From the IMG/VR virus record IMGVR_UViG_3300021963_000083, positions 20,656 through 84,655 of that record: a stretch of 64,000 bases of DNA. The stretch is one strand, 5' to 3'. The DNA is from a virus. The notes beneath the pieces are model-generated. The model was not told the origin of the DNA. It did not search any database and was given only the letters and a program-made list of their open reading frames with translations. The number at the start of each line of letters is the position of its first letter. Within the stretch, counting starts at the first letter, position 1. The position numbers and the translations under genes are program-made. This document shows positions 10,555 through 20,003 of this stretch, in pieces.

Positions 10555-10590
10555 AAGCCCAGCTAATCTCGGTTAGCTGGGCTTCTTATT
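10555..10590 (+). terminator. Intrinsic terminator-like hairpin after D11
   Basis: AAGCCCAGCTAA-TCTCGG-TTAGCTGGGCTT then CTTATT. Confidence 0.6.
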
Positions 10591-10599
10591 CGGAGAATT

Positions 10600-11559
10600 A
10601 TGAGTAAATTACTAATAGCCGATATACACATTAAGCTAGGACAGAAGAATGTACCACGTGAATGGGCGTTAAAACGCTACGATATGTTCTTCGACCAAGT
10701 AGCTGAAGTGGAAGATGATGTGGATGAGATTATCATCCCAGGCGACTTGTTCGATAGGATGCCTACTCTAGATGAGTTATCCCTATACTTCAAGTTTATT
10801 TCGCAACGTACTAAGCGAACGATTATTAGTACAGGCAATCACGAAGCCACAAAGAAAGGTAGAAGCTTCTTCACGGAACTCAAAGGAGTTACAGAAAGAC
10901 TTAATCCTAATGTGGAAATAGTGGTTGATTATATTCACGAATCAGAAGAGTACTATGTAGTTCCTTATGAGTTCGTGAAGAATAAAAGCACGTGGGACGA
11001 CCTAGACCCTAGGTATGTGTTTACCCATGTTCGTGGAGAAATTCCCCCACACGTTAAGCCAGAGATTAATTTGGACTGGCTTGATAAGTTTCCTATAGTA
11101 TTTGCTGGTGACTTACACTCACACTCTAACACTCAGAGAAACATAGTATATCCTGGTAGTCCTATGACTACTTCCTTTCATAGAAATGAAGTACAGGCTG
11201 GATATATTATTATTAATGACGACTGGACTTGGACATGGAAGGCTTTTGATCTTCCACAGCTTATTCGTAAGACAGTCTCAGATCCGTCTGAAATGCTGCC
11301 TACAGATTTCCACCATACAATATATGAGTTGGAAGGCAATATTAAGGACCTAAGTAAAATCGAACATAGTGATCTACTAGATAAAAAGCTAGTAAAACGT
11401 AGCAGTGATACTGCTCTCGTCTTAGATAAAAAGATGACTATTTCCGAGGAACTAACAGAGTATCTACGGTATATTCAGGAACTACCTGATATTGAAATAG
11501 ATAACATTATGGAGGTGTTTAATGAGTACGGTGGTACTTCAATCAATCAAATGGGATAA
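10600..11559 (+). CDS. D12: Mre11/SbcD-like nuclease (T5 D12)
   Basis: ADIH, GDLFD, GNHE, GDLH, YPGSP metallophosphoesterase motifs. Confidence 0.9.
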   Translation: MSKLLIADIHIKLGQKNVPREWALKRYDMFFDQVAEVEDDVDEIIIPGDLFDRMPTLDELSLYFKFISQRTKRTIISTGNHEATKKGRSFFTELKGVTERLNPNVEIVVDYIHESEEYYVVPYEFVKNKSTWDDLDPRYVFTHVRGEIPPHVKPEINLDWLDKFPIVFAGDLHSHSNTQRNIVYPGSPMTTSFHRNEVQAGYIIINDDWTWTWKAFDLPQLIRKTVSDPSEMLPTDFHHTIYELEGNIKDLSKIEHSDLLDKKLVKRSSDTALVLDKKMTISEELTEYLRYIQELPDIEIDNIMEVFNEYGGTSINQMG

Positions 11560-13324
11560 GTGCTTTAGCTTTGGTGAAGATAACTTCATCGACCTTAGCA
11601 CTGAGCCACTAACACAAATTATCGCCCCTAATGGTTATGGTAAGTCCTCTATCCCACTTATTATGGAGGAAGCCCTCTACAATAAGAACTCTAAAGGAGT
11701 AAAGAAAAGTGACATTCCTAATCGTTTACTTGATGGTAGTTATTCTGTTAAACTTCAGTTCTCCGTCGATAATGATATATACTTGGTATCTACTGAACGT
11801 AGTTCCGGTATTAAAATCCGTCTCTTCAAAAATGATGAAGATATTAGTAGCCACACTGCCACCAATACCTTCAAACAAATCGAAGAACTAATTGGAATAG
11901 ACTTTAAGACATTTCAACAGTTGGTATATCAATCGACAAATAGTAGTTTGCAATTTTTGACGGCTACTGACACTAACCGGAAAAAATTTCTAATAGATCT
12001 ATTTGACCTAAGCGAGTATACGAAGTTGTTTGAGGTTTTTAAAGAAGCCGCTAAACACTTAGGACTGGAAGTCAATACGTTAGAGAGTCGGATTGAAACT
12101 ATTAACAAGTGGGTTAGCAATAACTCTACGTTAGATTTGGTAAAATACGATTTAGAAGAAATTCCAGAACGGCCTGATTTCGGCACAGAAGTCGGGGATT
12201 TGAACTCCAAACTCTCAAATATAAAATCTCACAATACAGCAATTCAAAAGAATAATCTACTGAAGAAGCAGTTGAGTGAAATTGATATTGAGGAGCTACG
12301 TAGTGTTGATATTGTAAAAGAATCTTACGACGAATATCAAGGCGAGATTGGTGAATTAAAGTCTGCCAAGACTGCCGCGGATGCAGTCATTAAGAAGCTA
12401 AAAGGCCTAGAAGATAAGTGTCCTACTTGTCTACAGGACATTGATAGAAATTTTTATGATGATCTGCTAACAACTAATACTGCTGATTCTGCTACATACG
12501 CTGGTCGTATATCAATGCTAGAAACTGCGGTTGAGCAAATTAAAAAGAATAACCGTCTTTTTGATATGACTCAAGCAGAGATCAAAGAATGGGAACAGCT
12601 TAATAAAATGGTAGATCACACTATGGGTGATGATCTGCTTAGTGCTTCTGATATTGAAGAAGAACTGAAGATAATTAAGAATACCCTATCTAAAGTTGAT
12701 GCTGAAATTACTAAGCTGACAGCCGCTAATAATGAGGCTATCAAGCACAACAGTAAGATTGATATTTATCTGGAACAGAACGAGGCGTTTGCGGAACAGC
12801 TTAAAGAAGCTAAAGAGCAAGTCTGGGTTCTAAATGATAAGTATAAAAATCTTGAAGTATTAAAGAAAGCCTTCAGCACTAATGGTCTGATTGCCTACAA
12901 ACTAGAGAACCTCGTTAAGGACTTGGAAGTATTTACAAATGAGTACCTATCAGAACTATCAGACGGACGCTTTACGATTGAGTTCAGCATATCCAGTGAT
13001 AAGCTTAATGTTGTTGTCACAGATGAAGGCAAAGAGATCAGTATCAGTGCGCCTTCGAGTGGAGAAATGGCTAGGATCAACATTAGTACACTACTTGCCA
13101 TCCGAAAGCTCATGTCTAGCATCTCAAGGAACACCATCAACGTCCTATTTCTCGACGAGGTCATTAGCGTCCTCGACGATTACGGACGGGAACGTCTCGT
13201 TGAGGTATTGTTACAAGAAGAAGGCCTTAATACTTTCCTCGTTAGTCACTCCTGGACACACCCCTTGGTGGATAAATTAACCATCAAGAAGAAAGATAGC
13301 ATTAGCTGGATTGATCGTGGTTAA
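11522..13324 (+). CDS. D13: Rad50/SbcC-like ATPase (T5 D13)
   Basis: NGYGKSS Walker A, coiled coil with CPTC hook, SSGE signature, FLDE Walker B, SH. Confidence 0.92.
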   Translation: MSTVVLQSIKWDKCFSFGEDNFIDLSTEPLTQIIAPNGYGKSSIPLIMEEALYNKNSKGVKKSDIPNRLLDGSYSVKLQFSVDNDIYLVSTERSSGIKIRLFKNDEDISSHTATNTFKQIEELIGIDFKTFQQLVYQSTNSSLQFLTATDTNRKKFLIDLFDLSEYTKLFEVFKEAAKHLGLEVNTLESRIETINKWVSNNSTLDLVKYDLEEIPERPDFGTEVGDLNSKLSNIKSHNTAIQKNNLLKKQLSEIDIEELRSVDIVKESYDEYQGEIGELKSAKTAADAVIKKLKGLEDKCPTCLQDIDRNFYDDLLTTNTADSATYAGRISMLETAVEQIKKNNRLFDMTQAEIKEWEQLNKMVDHTMGDDLLSASDIEEELKIIKNTLSKVDAEITKLTAANNEAIKHNSKIDIYLEQNEAFAEQLKEAKEQVWVLNDKYKNLEVLKKAFSTNGLIAYKLENLVKDLEVFTNEYLSELSDGRFTIEFSISSDKLNVVVTDEGKEISISAPSSGEMARINISTLLAIRKLMSSISRNTINVLFLDEVISVLDDYGRERLVEVLLQEEGLNTFLVSHSWTHPLVDKLTIKKKDSISWIDRG

Positions 13325-13772
13325 CCCTCGACAAAAAGGCGCTATAGGAGAAAACAAAGTTAAGGAGTTCCTAGATTCTAGGACTCCTTATACTTTCGAA
13401 CGCACTCCTGGGTCAGGAAGCGGAAGCATAAAGGGAGACTTATACATTCCGAAATACAGGAATGTATTCTGCATAGAGGTTAAGAACTATGCGGAGTCTC
13501 CCTTTAATGATAAAATTTTAACAAACAAAACGAACGACTTTGTACTATGGTGGACTAAGCTACAGAAACAATCTGGAGTAATGAGACCGCTTCTTTTCTT
13601 TAGGTACAATCGTTCAAAGATATTCGTCGCTACAGATATAAAGCCAGCTAATGTTGAAAAATATATTGACATTCCGTGGCTAAATTGCTATGTTATGTTA
13701 TCAGACGAATGGATAGAAAGGGAAACAATTCAATGGCTAATTTTGCCAACAATAGGCGGTCAGAAAATCTGA
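13311..13772 (+). CDS. D14: Holliday-junction-resolvase-like nuclease (T5 D14)
   Basis: RQKG..GE, R.PGSG, GD......IEVK PD-(D/E)xK motif; start may be GTG 13317. Confidence 0.8.
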   Translation: MIVVNPRQKGAIGENKVKEFLDSRTPYTFERTPGSGSGSIKGDLYIPKYRNVFCIEVKNYAESPFNDKILTNKTNDFVLWWTKLQKQSGVMRPLLFFRYNRSKIFVATDIKPANVEKYIDIPWLNCYVMLSDEWIERETIQWLILPTIGGQKI

Positions 13773-14566
13773 TGATCGTCGACACGATGAACCTCGCTTT
13801 CCGATGGAAACACGCGGGACAGAGTCGTTTCTCACACGACTATCTTAGTACAGTATTATCACTTGCCACGTCCTATGACGCTGGCACAATTATTGCTGCT
13901 GCTGACTGGGGTGGTTCTTCTTATCGCAAGGGAATCTACCCAGAGTACAAAGCTAATCGTAAAGAACTAGTAGAAAAGCAAACTGCTGAAGAGAAGGAAC
14001 AGGCCCGCCTATTCTTCGATGAGTATGAACGCACTTTAGAGGTTCTAGATCAGCATAAAGATATTCAAGTGTTTAGATATAAAGGTGTGGAGGCAGATGA
14101 TATTGCAGCGTATATATGCTCTAGGCTATATGACTATGGCTTTAATCAAGCTTGGCTTATCAGCTCTGATCGTGACTGGGATCTTCTTATTAGTGAGTAT
14201 GTTTCTCGTTTTTCTTATGTTACTAGAAAAGAGCACACGCTCGATACGTGGGATTATCCAGTAACACCAGACCAATACATTTCATACAAGGTTCTAACTG
14301 GAGACGCTGGAGACAATATTCTCGGTGTGCCCGGTATAGGACCAAAACGTGCAGCCGCTCTCATAGAACAATATGGTAGCGCGCTTGACATACACGATCA
14401 ACTCCCTCTGCCTGGTAAACAAAAGTTTATACAAGCACTAAATGACAGTAAGGATCTAATCCCCCTCAATTATGAACTAATGGATCTTGTTAGCTTCTGT
14501 CAAGAAGCTATAGGATACGACAACGTTCAAGATATTGGCCGCAGACTGGCCTTTGGAGAAAAATAA
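13733..14566 (+). CDS. D15: 5'-3' exonuclease / flap endonuclease (T5 D15)
   Basis: NLAFRW, YKANR, GVEADD, SSDRDWD, GD.GDN..GVPGIGPKRA. Confidence 0.93.
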   Translation: MANFANNRRSENLMIVDTMNLAFRWKHAGQSRFSHDYLSTVLSLATSYDAGTIIAAADWGGSSYRKGIYPEYKANRKELVEKQTAEEKEQARLFFDEYERTLEVLDQHKDIQVFRYKGVEADDIAAYICSRLYDYGFNQAWLISSDRDWDLLISEYVSRFSYVTRKEHTLDTWDYPVTPDQYISYKVLTGDAGDNILGVPGIGPKRAAALIEQYGSALDIHDQLPLPGKQKFIQALNDSKDLIPLNYELMDLVSFCQEAIGYDNVQDIGRRLAFGEK

Positions 14567-14568
14567 GC

Positions 14569-16533
14569 ATGGTTAGTACCCGCGCACAAATTATTACAAG
14601 ACGTACATATAATCGCCCACTTAATGAAGAGGGCACAGAATTTGAAACATGGGCACAAACAGTAGCACGAGTTATTGACCATCAAGAATGGCTGTGGACA
14701 CGAGCCGTAAATGGTCGTGAACTAACTGATATTGAATACGCAGAACTGTACGACCTAGAGCGACTTATGCTAGAGCGTAAGGTATCTATGTCGGGCCGCA
14801 CACTATGGCTCGGAGGAACTAAGGTTGCTAAGACTCGTGAAGCTAGTCAGTTTAACTGTAGCTTTACAGAAGTAGAAACAGCATACGATGTAGTTGACTG
14901 TCTATGGCTACTTCTACAAGGCTGTGGCGTTGGCTTCAAGCCTGTAATCGGTACTCTTAATGGCTTCTCAAAGCCTATTAGAAATATCGAAGTTGTTCGC
15001 AGCACCCGCACAGAAAAGGGAGGCAAGGAATACAATGAAGAATTTTGGGACGAAGAATCAAAAATCTGGGTCATCAAAGTTGGTGACAGCGCCGAAGCAT
15101 GGGCAAAGTCCATTGGAAAGTTACTCGCGGGTAAGTACCCAGCCAACACACTGGTACTGGACTTCTCGGAGCTACGTCCTGCAGGAGAACGACTAAAAGG
15201 TTACGGCTGGATTAGTAGTGGTGATACTGCGATCTCCAAGGCATATCTAGCTATTGCTAATATCCTTAATGGCCGCGCTGACTCGCTTCTAACCCGTATG
15301 GACATTCTAGATATTGTCAACTGGCTTGGCACTATTCTAAGTTCACGTCGTAGTGCTGAAATCGCACTATTCGAGTATGGACAGCCTGAATGGGAAGAAT
15401 TCGCTGTAGCTAAGAAAGACTTCTGGCTCTATGACCGTGCACATCGCACTCAGTCAAACAATAGCTTAGTATTCAACGATAAGCCTACTCGCCAAGAACT
15501 ATCAGATATCTTTGCACTAATGCAAGAAGCTGGCGGTTCTGAGCCTGGCTTTATTAACGCCGTAGAAGCACGTCGTCGTGCTCCTTGGTTCAAGGGTTGC
15601 AACCCTTGTGTAGAAATTTTATTAGGAAACAAAAGTTTCTGTAACTTAACGGAGATTGACATTGGAAAATTCAAAGGCGATACAGCCGGACTGCATTATG
15701 CAGTTAGACTTGCATCAAGGGCTAACTACAGACAAACATGCGTTAACTTGCGCGACGGTATCCTTCAAGAAGCTTGGCACCTCAACAACTACTTCCTTAG
15801 ATTGTGTGGTGTGGGACTTACCGGGATCGCTAAGCGCCCCGACATGGATTCCTACGCATACGAATACTTAAGCCGTACCGCTACAGCTAGTGCTGTTTCA
15901 ATGGCCGAAGAGCTGGGTCTTCCATATCCAAAGAATGTTACTTGCGTTAAGCCAAGTGGCACTTTATCGAAGATTATGGATACGACCGAGGGTGTGCATA
16001 AGCCACTAGGTAAGTATATTTTCAACAATGTTACTTTTAGTAAGTATGATCCTATTATTGATAAGCTTCGTGAGGCTAAGTACGTTGTTGTAAATCACCC
16101 GACAGATCCAGATGGCGTACTAGTAACCTTCCCTGTTGCTTATGAGGATGTTCCGTTTGATAATTTCAACGGAATGGAAGTTAACTTGGAGTCAGCTCTT
16201 GCACAGCTTGAGCGCTATAAGCTGCTTCAGACTAGCTGGACTCAGCAGAACACTTCGGTAACTATCAGCTATGACCCTACGGAAATTGATGATATTATTG
16301 ACTGGCTTCTAGCTAACTGGGATATTTATGTAGGAGTTAGCTTCCTATATAGGAATGACCCAACTAAAACTGCCAAGGATCTCGGTTATCTATATCTTCC
16401 ACAAGAAGTAGTAACCAAGGAAACCTACGACAAATATGTATCTACACTACTTCCAGTAAGTCTTGAGAATACTGAGAGTTTTGAAGAGCTTGTTCAGGAT
16501 GATTGCGCTACTGGCGCTTGTCCAATCAAGTAA
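14569..16533 (+). CDS. nrdJ: Class II (adenosylcobalamin-dependent) ribonucleotide reductase, monomeric RTPR type
   Basis: RRTY.R, GR.LW.GG, FNC, GCGVGF, RRSAEI, NPCVEI, KPSGT, C-terminal CATGACPIK. Confidence 0.9.
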   Translation: MVSTRAQIITRRTYNRPLNEEGTEFETWAQTVARVIDHQEWLWTRAVNGRELTDIEYAELYDLERLMLERKVSMSGRTLWLGGTKVAKTREASQFNCSFTEVETAYDVVDCLWLLLQGCGVGFKPVIGTLNGFSKPIRNIEVVRSTRTEKGGKEYNEEFWDEESKIWVIKVGDSAEAWAKSIGKLLAGKYPANTLVLDFSELRPAGERLKGYGWISSGDTAISKAYLAIANILNGRADSLLTRMDILDIVNWLGTILSSRRSAEIALFEYGQPEWEEFAVAKKDFWLYDRAHRTQSNNSLVFNDKPTRQELSDIFALMQEAGGSEPGFINAVEARRRAPWFKGCNPCVEILLGNKSFCNLTEIDIGKFKGDTAGLHYAVRLASRANYRQTCVNLRDGILQEAWHLNNYFLRLCGVGLTGIAKRPDMDSYAYEYLSRTATASAVSMAEELGLPYPKNVTCVKPSGTLSKIMDTTEGVHKPLGKYIFNNVTFSKYDPIIDKLREAKYVVVNHPTDPDGVLVTFPVAYEDVPFDNFNGMEVNLESALAQLERYKLLQTSWTQQNTSVTISYDPTEIDDIIDWLLANWDIYVGVSFLYRNDPTKTAKDLGYLYLPQEVVTKETYDKYVSTLLPVSLENTESFEELVQDDCATGACPIK

Positions 16534-16535
16534 AG

Positions 16536-16575
16536 AAAAAGCCCCGCTAGAGCGATCTAGCGGGGCTATTTTTTT
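16536..16575. terminator. Bidirectional terminator between converging early (+) and late (-) modules
   Basis: AAAAA-GCCCCGCTAGA-GCGA-TCTAGCGGGGC-TATTTTTTT. Confidence 0.85.
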
Positions 16576-17251
16576 AATAATTAGTAACATCTATGGCAAT
16601 TAGCCCACCATTATATACAGGTCCGCTGCTAGATAATCTCTCCCCTCTTATGCTCGAGAATTGGGCACTAACTCCCCCAGAGTATGTTCTTATAACAGGG
16701 AAAATCTTTACATCTGGTGCAGCCTTAGTAGGTGCTACAGCTGTATTATATACCGAACCATAGAGCAAGAAAGCAAACCTTCTATCTGTTGGTAAAGAAT
16801 AATTCTGAGTAGTACTTAAAGTTGTTATTGGTATAGTTGAAAAAGACCTCATTAGTTTTGGATAATTACTGCTAAAAGCTACTCCGCCAGTACTATTATA
16901 TATTTCTATACCGTATCCGGATGTAGATGGCGACAAAGAAGTATATTTTTTAAATAACCAATATTTAACGGTGGTCTGTGTACTTAGCTCGTTACTAGTT
17001 ATAGTTGTAGAAGTTGTACTTTGAGAGAATACAGCTTTAGGTATTACGAGACCGTCTTCGGTAGCAACACATATGGCATCGAAGGCGATAGGGTGAGATA
17101 CAGTTACTACAGTACCCCTATTAATACTAGTGGATAGTGGAGATTTGGGCGGAACAATTATTGTGCCTGAGTATAGCATATAATAATTAGCTACTGAGTC
17201 GCTTATTTGTATATACCCATTGTCATTTTTAGATTCAAAACCGTAAGCCAT
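16574..17251 (-). CDS. Tail tip/fibre-associated protein
   Basis: Two YG(F/I)E..N..G motifs typical of tail-tip accessory proteins; last gene of tail operon. Confidence 0.55.
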   Translation of the reverse strand: MAYGFESKNDNGYIQISDSVANYYMLYSGTIIVPPKSPLSTSINRGTVVTVSHPIAFDAICVATEDGLVIPKAVFSQSTTSTTITSNELSTQTTVKYWLFKKYTSLSPSTSGYGIEIYNSTGGVAFSSNYPKLMRSFSTIPITTLSTTQNYSLPTDRRFAFLLYGSVYNTAVAPTKAAPDVKIFPVIRTYSGGVSAQFSSIRGERLSSSGPVYNGGLIAIDVTNY

Positions 17252-17255
17252 ATTA

Positions 17256-20003
17256 TCACCTATAATCCATTAAATTTATTGTAGCCAAGAACCCGGATCC
17301 TCCGGATACAACTAGTAGTTTATTTATATAATCTATACTAACACTTCCAACAGCGAGTGGGTCTGTTCCTGAGCTTAGTTCTATTACTTGAGCTACGGTA
17401 TCGGATATTATGCTTGGTACACTTATTGAGGTGGAAGCAGTGACTGAGACTGAATACTTAACCTCTTTTACTGTATAAGTGCTCGTATCCATTACTATAT
17501 TTCCATTTGAGTCAAGTATCTGCATACCATACGCGTTCGCAGGAGGATCAGTAACTAAAACCGTTGAGGTAGTTAATACTGTTCCTGAAGTAGACCCAGA
17601 TCTTACTGCTAATGTATAAGTTTCTGTACCTTCCGTTAAAGCATCTGGTGAGGCTGTAATACTAAAGGTCCCTGTGTCAGAATTTACAGTGAAAGACCCA
17701 CTAACCGCAGAAAAGTCAGCAGTTGTGGCCCCATTTAAAGTCCAATATAAAGTAGTACCATTAGCCACTCCTACTGTTTCTAACACTAGAGGCATCGTAC
17801 TTCCTTCATACATGCTTATAAAGTTTGGCGTAAGTGAGTAGTCAAACCTCCGAGTAGTTACAGTAAAAGTATCTGATATAATTGCGCCTGTAGTTGTATA
17901 GATATATAATTGAGCACCTAGTGAAGTACTGTAGTTAGGGCTACTTGTGGCTCTAACTGTTATAGTATCATTATTTGTTACAGAACCGGGACTAGACGTA
18001 TATGCTAGCCCGTTTTTACTGTACGTACCATTGTTAATAGTTACTGTGGCTGATAATCCAGTATTTAAACCTGATACAGTTATAGTATTGGAAGTATAAA
18101 CCGTACTAAAAGCTGCATTGGTTATATCATCAAAGGTGAACTGATTTACTTGATTTCCAGAAGAAAATGTAGTTACTGAGAAAGTATCAGACAGAGTGCC
18201 AATAGTAACTACACAATTAACTGTAGTACCAGCACTAGCACTACTTGTCACTCTTGCAGAGACAACTATAGAACCCAAGGCATCTGTAGTTACCGTTTTA
18301 CTAGTAGCGAAAGTGCCTGATAGAGCTGAGGTACCAGCATCTACTGTTCCACCACTTGCTGTTACGGTTATACTATAATTTGGCTGTAATCCAGTAATAG
18401 TTACATTGTCAGTAGTATATACTGTATTAGTTGTGGCCCCGCCAACATCAGTGAAGCTAAATGCATCAGGTGTAGTATCACTAACGAAAGCCAGTGTAGT
18501 ACTGGTAAAAATATCTGATACTCCACCAATTGTTAGTGTAGTATTAGTAGCCGTACTATTACTTGCTGAACTAGTATGCCTTACTGATACTGTCTGACCG
18601 TTGGTTACTGTTCCGGATGTTGAAGTATAGGCGCCACCATTAATACTATATGTACCGCCACTGATAGATATGGCTGATGCCGCATTAATACCAGATACCG
18701 TTATAGTATTGGATGTTATAGTATCATTTAATGCGACGTTAGTTTGGTCAGTAAACGTGAAAGCATCTGGGGTAGTATCAGCAACAAAAGCTAGCGTAGT
18801 GCTTGTGAAAGTATCTGATACGCCACCAATAGTTAGTGTTGTATTAGTAGCTGTACTATTGCTTGCTGAACTTGTATGTCGTACTGAGACTGTCTGACCG
18901 TTTGTAATGGTCCCAGATGTGGCAGTATACGCTCCACCATTTATACTGTACGTGCCTCCACTGATAGATATAGCCGAAGCTGCACTTATGCCGGAGACAG
19001 TGATAGTATTAGAAGTAATTGTGCTACTTAAGGCAACGTTAGTTTGATCAGTGAATGTAAATGCATCAGGCGTAGTATCTGCTGGTGATGTACTAGTATC
19101 ATTTATTGTTATGGCTGAACTAGCTAGAACTGTGCCCGATACTGAACCACTTCTAATATAAACAGTTAAAGACTCAGGATTACTTTCTGTAAGAGAGTCT
19201 GCCGATATAGTAAAATTAAATAGTCCAAAAGTTGAACTGACAGCAAAGCTACCGTCGACAGGAGATACCAAGTCGGAACCACTAGAAGTATTCCAATAAT
19301 ATGTACCATCGGGGGCTGTAGTAGATAGAAAGGCGTATACAAGTTCGCCTTCGTTGAAGTTGGTTCTTACACTAGCAAAAGACGAGTCATAAAAGTTTAA
19401 AGTATACGTTGCTGCTGCGGCCGTAGTACTAGTGAATGTATCTGATACGCCACCAATAGTTAGTGTTGTATTAACAGCCGTGTTGTTGCTTCCGGAGCTA
19501 GTATGCGCTACTGATACGGTCTGGCCATTTGTAACTGTACCGGAGGAGCTTGTGTAAGCCCCTCCGTTTATACTGTAAGTACCTCCAGAGATAGATATAG
19601 CCGAAGCAGCATTTATGCCAGATACTGTTATAGTGTTGGATATAATAGTACTATTTAAAGCTACTCCAGTTTGGTCAGTAAAAGTGAACGCATCTGGAGT
19701 TGTGTCAGATGCGCCACTACTTATAGTTCCACTTAGTACACTAGAGTACCATATGGCTTGCTCTGTATCACGAGTACGAAACGTAACAGAATAGCTTGTA
19801 GCACCCGATATGGGAGTAAGAGTAGTAGTCGATCCGTCTGACCCAGTAGTAAAGTTTAAAGTACAGCCAGTAGGACTTAGGGATAGCCAGGTACCAGTAG
19901 TACCAAAGGTAGTACCAACGGTTACTAGTATAGTATCTGTGGGGCTTATATTTTGAACGACATTTGGATCGCCACATTCTACGAATACTGAATAAGTTGT
20001 CAT
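17256..20003 (-). CDS. Repetitive S/T-rich tail fibre/adhesin with ~100-aa beta-sandwich repeats and two Calx-beta-like units
   Basis: DTTPDAFTFTDQT...IGGVSD.FTSTT three times near-identical plus two degenerate copies; EG...YW...GSF.V...D.LTE twice. Confidence 0.7.
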   Translation of the reverse strand: MTTYSVFVECGDPNVVQNISPTDTILVTVGTTFGTTGTWLSLSPTGCTLNFTTGSDGSTTTLTPISGATSYSVTFRTRDTEQAIWYSSVLSGTISSGASDTTPDAFTFTDQTGVALNSTIISNTITVSGINAASAISISGGTYSINGGAYTSSSGTVTNGQTVSVAHTSSGSNNTAVNTTLTIGGVSDTFTSTTAAAATYTLNFYDSSFASVRTNFNEGELVYAFLSTTAPDGTYYWNTSSGSDLVSPVDGSFAVSSTFGLFNFTISADSLTESNPESLTVYIRSGSVSGTVLASSAITINDTSTSPADTTPDAFTFTDQTNVALSSTITSNTITVSGISAASAISISGGTYSINGGAYTATSGTITNGQTVSVRHTSSASNSTATNTTLTIGGVSDTFTSTTLAFVADTTPDAFTFTDQTNVALNDTITSNTITVSGINAASAISISGGTYSINGGAYTSTSGTVTNGQTVSVRHTSSASNSTATNTTLTIGGVSDIFTSTTLAFVSDTTPDAFSFTDVGGATTNTVYTTDNVTITGLQPNYSITVTASGGTVDAGTSALSGTFATSKTVTTDALGSIVVSARVTSSASAGTTVNCVVTIGTLSDTFSVTTFSSGNQVNQFTFDDITNAAFSTVYTSNTITVSGLNTGLSATVTINNGTYSKNGLAYTSSPGSVTNNDTITVRATSSPNYSTSLGAQLYIYTTTGAIISDTFTVTTRRFDYSLTPNFISMYEGSTMPLVLETVGVANGTTLYWTLNGATTADFSAVSGSFTVNSDTGTFSITASPDALTEGTETYTLAVRSGSTSGTVLTTSTVLVTDPPANAYGMQILDSNGNIVMDTSTYTVKEVKYSVSVTASTSISVPSIISDTVAQVIELSSGTDPLAVGSVSIDYINKLLVVSGGSGFLATINLMDYR

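Noticed and set aside
4183-16533. Inteins or introns in pol, helicases or nrdJ
   Set aside because: Protein lengths and motif spacing look uninterrupted; no intein termini or homing-nuclease inserts seen
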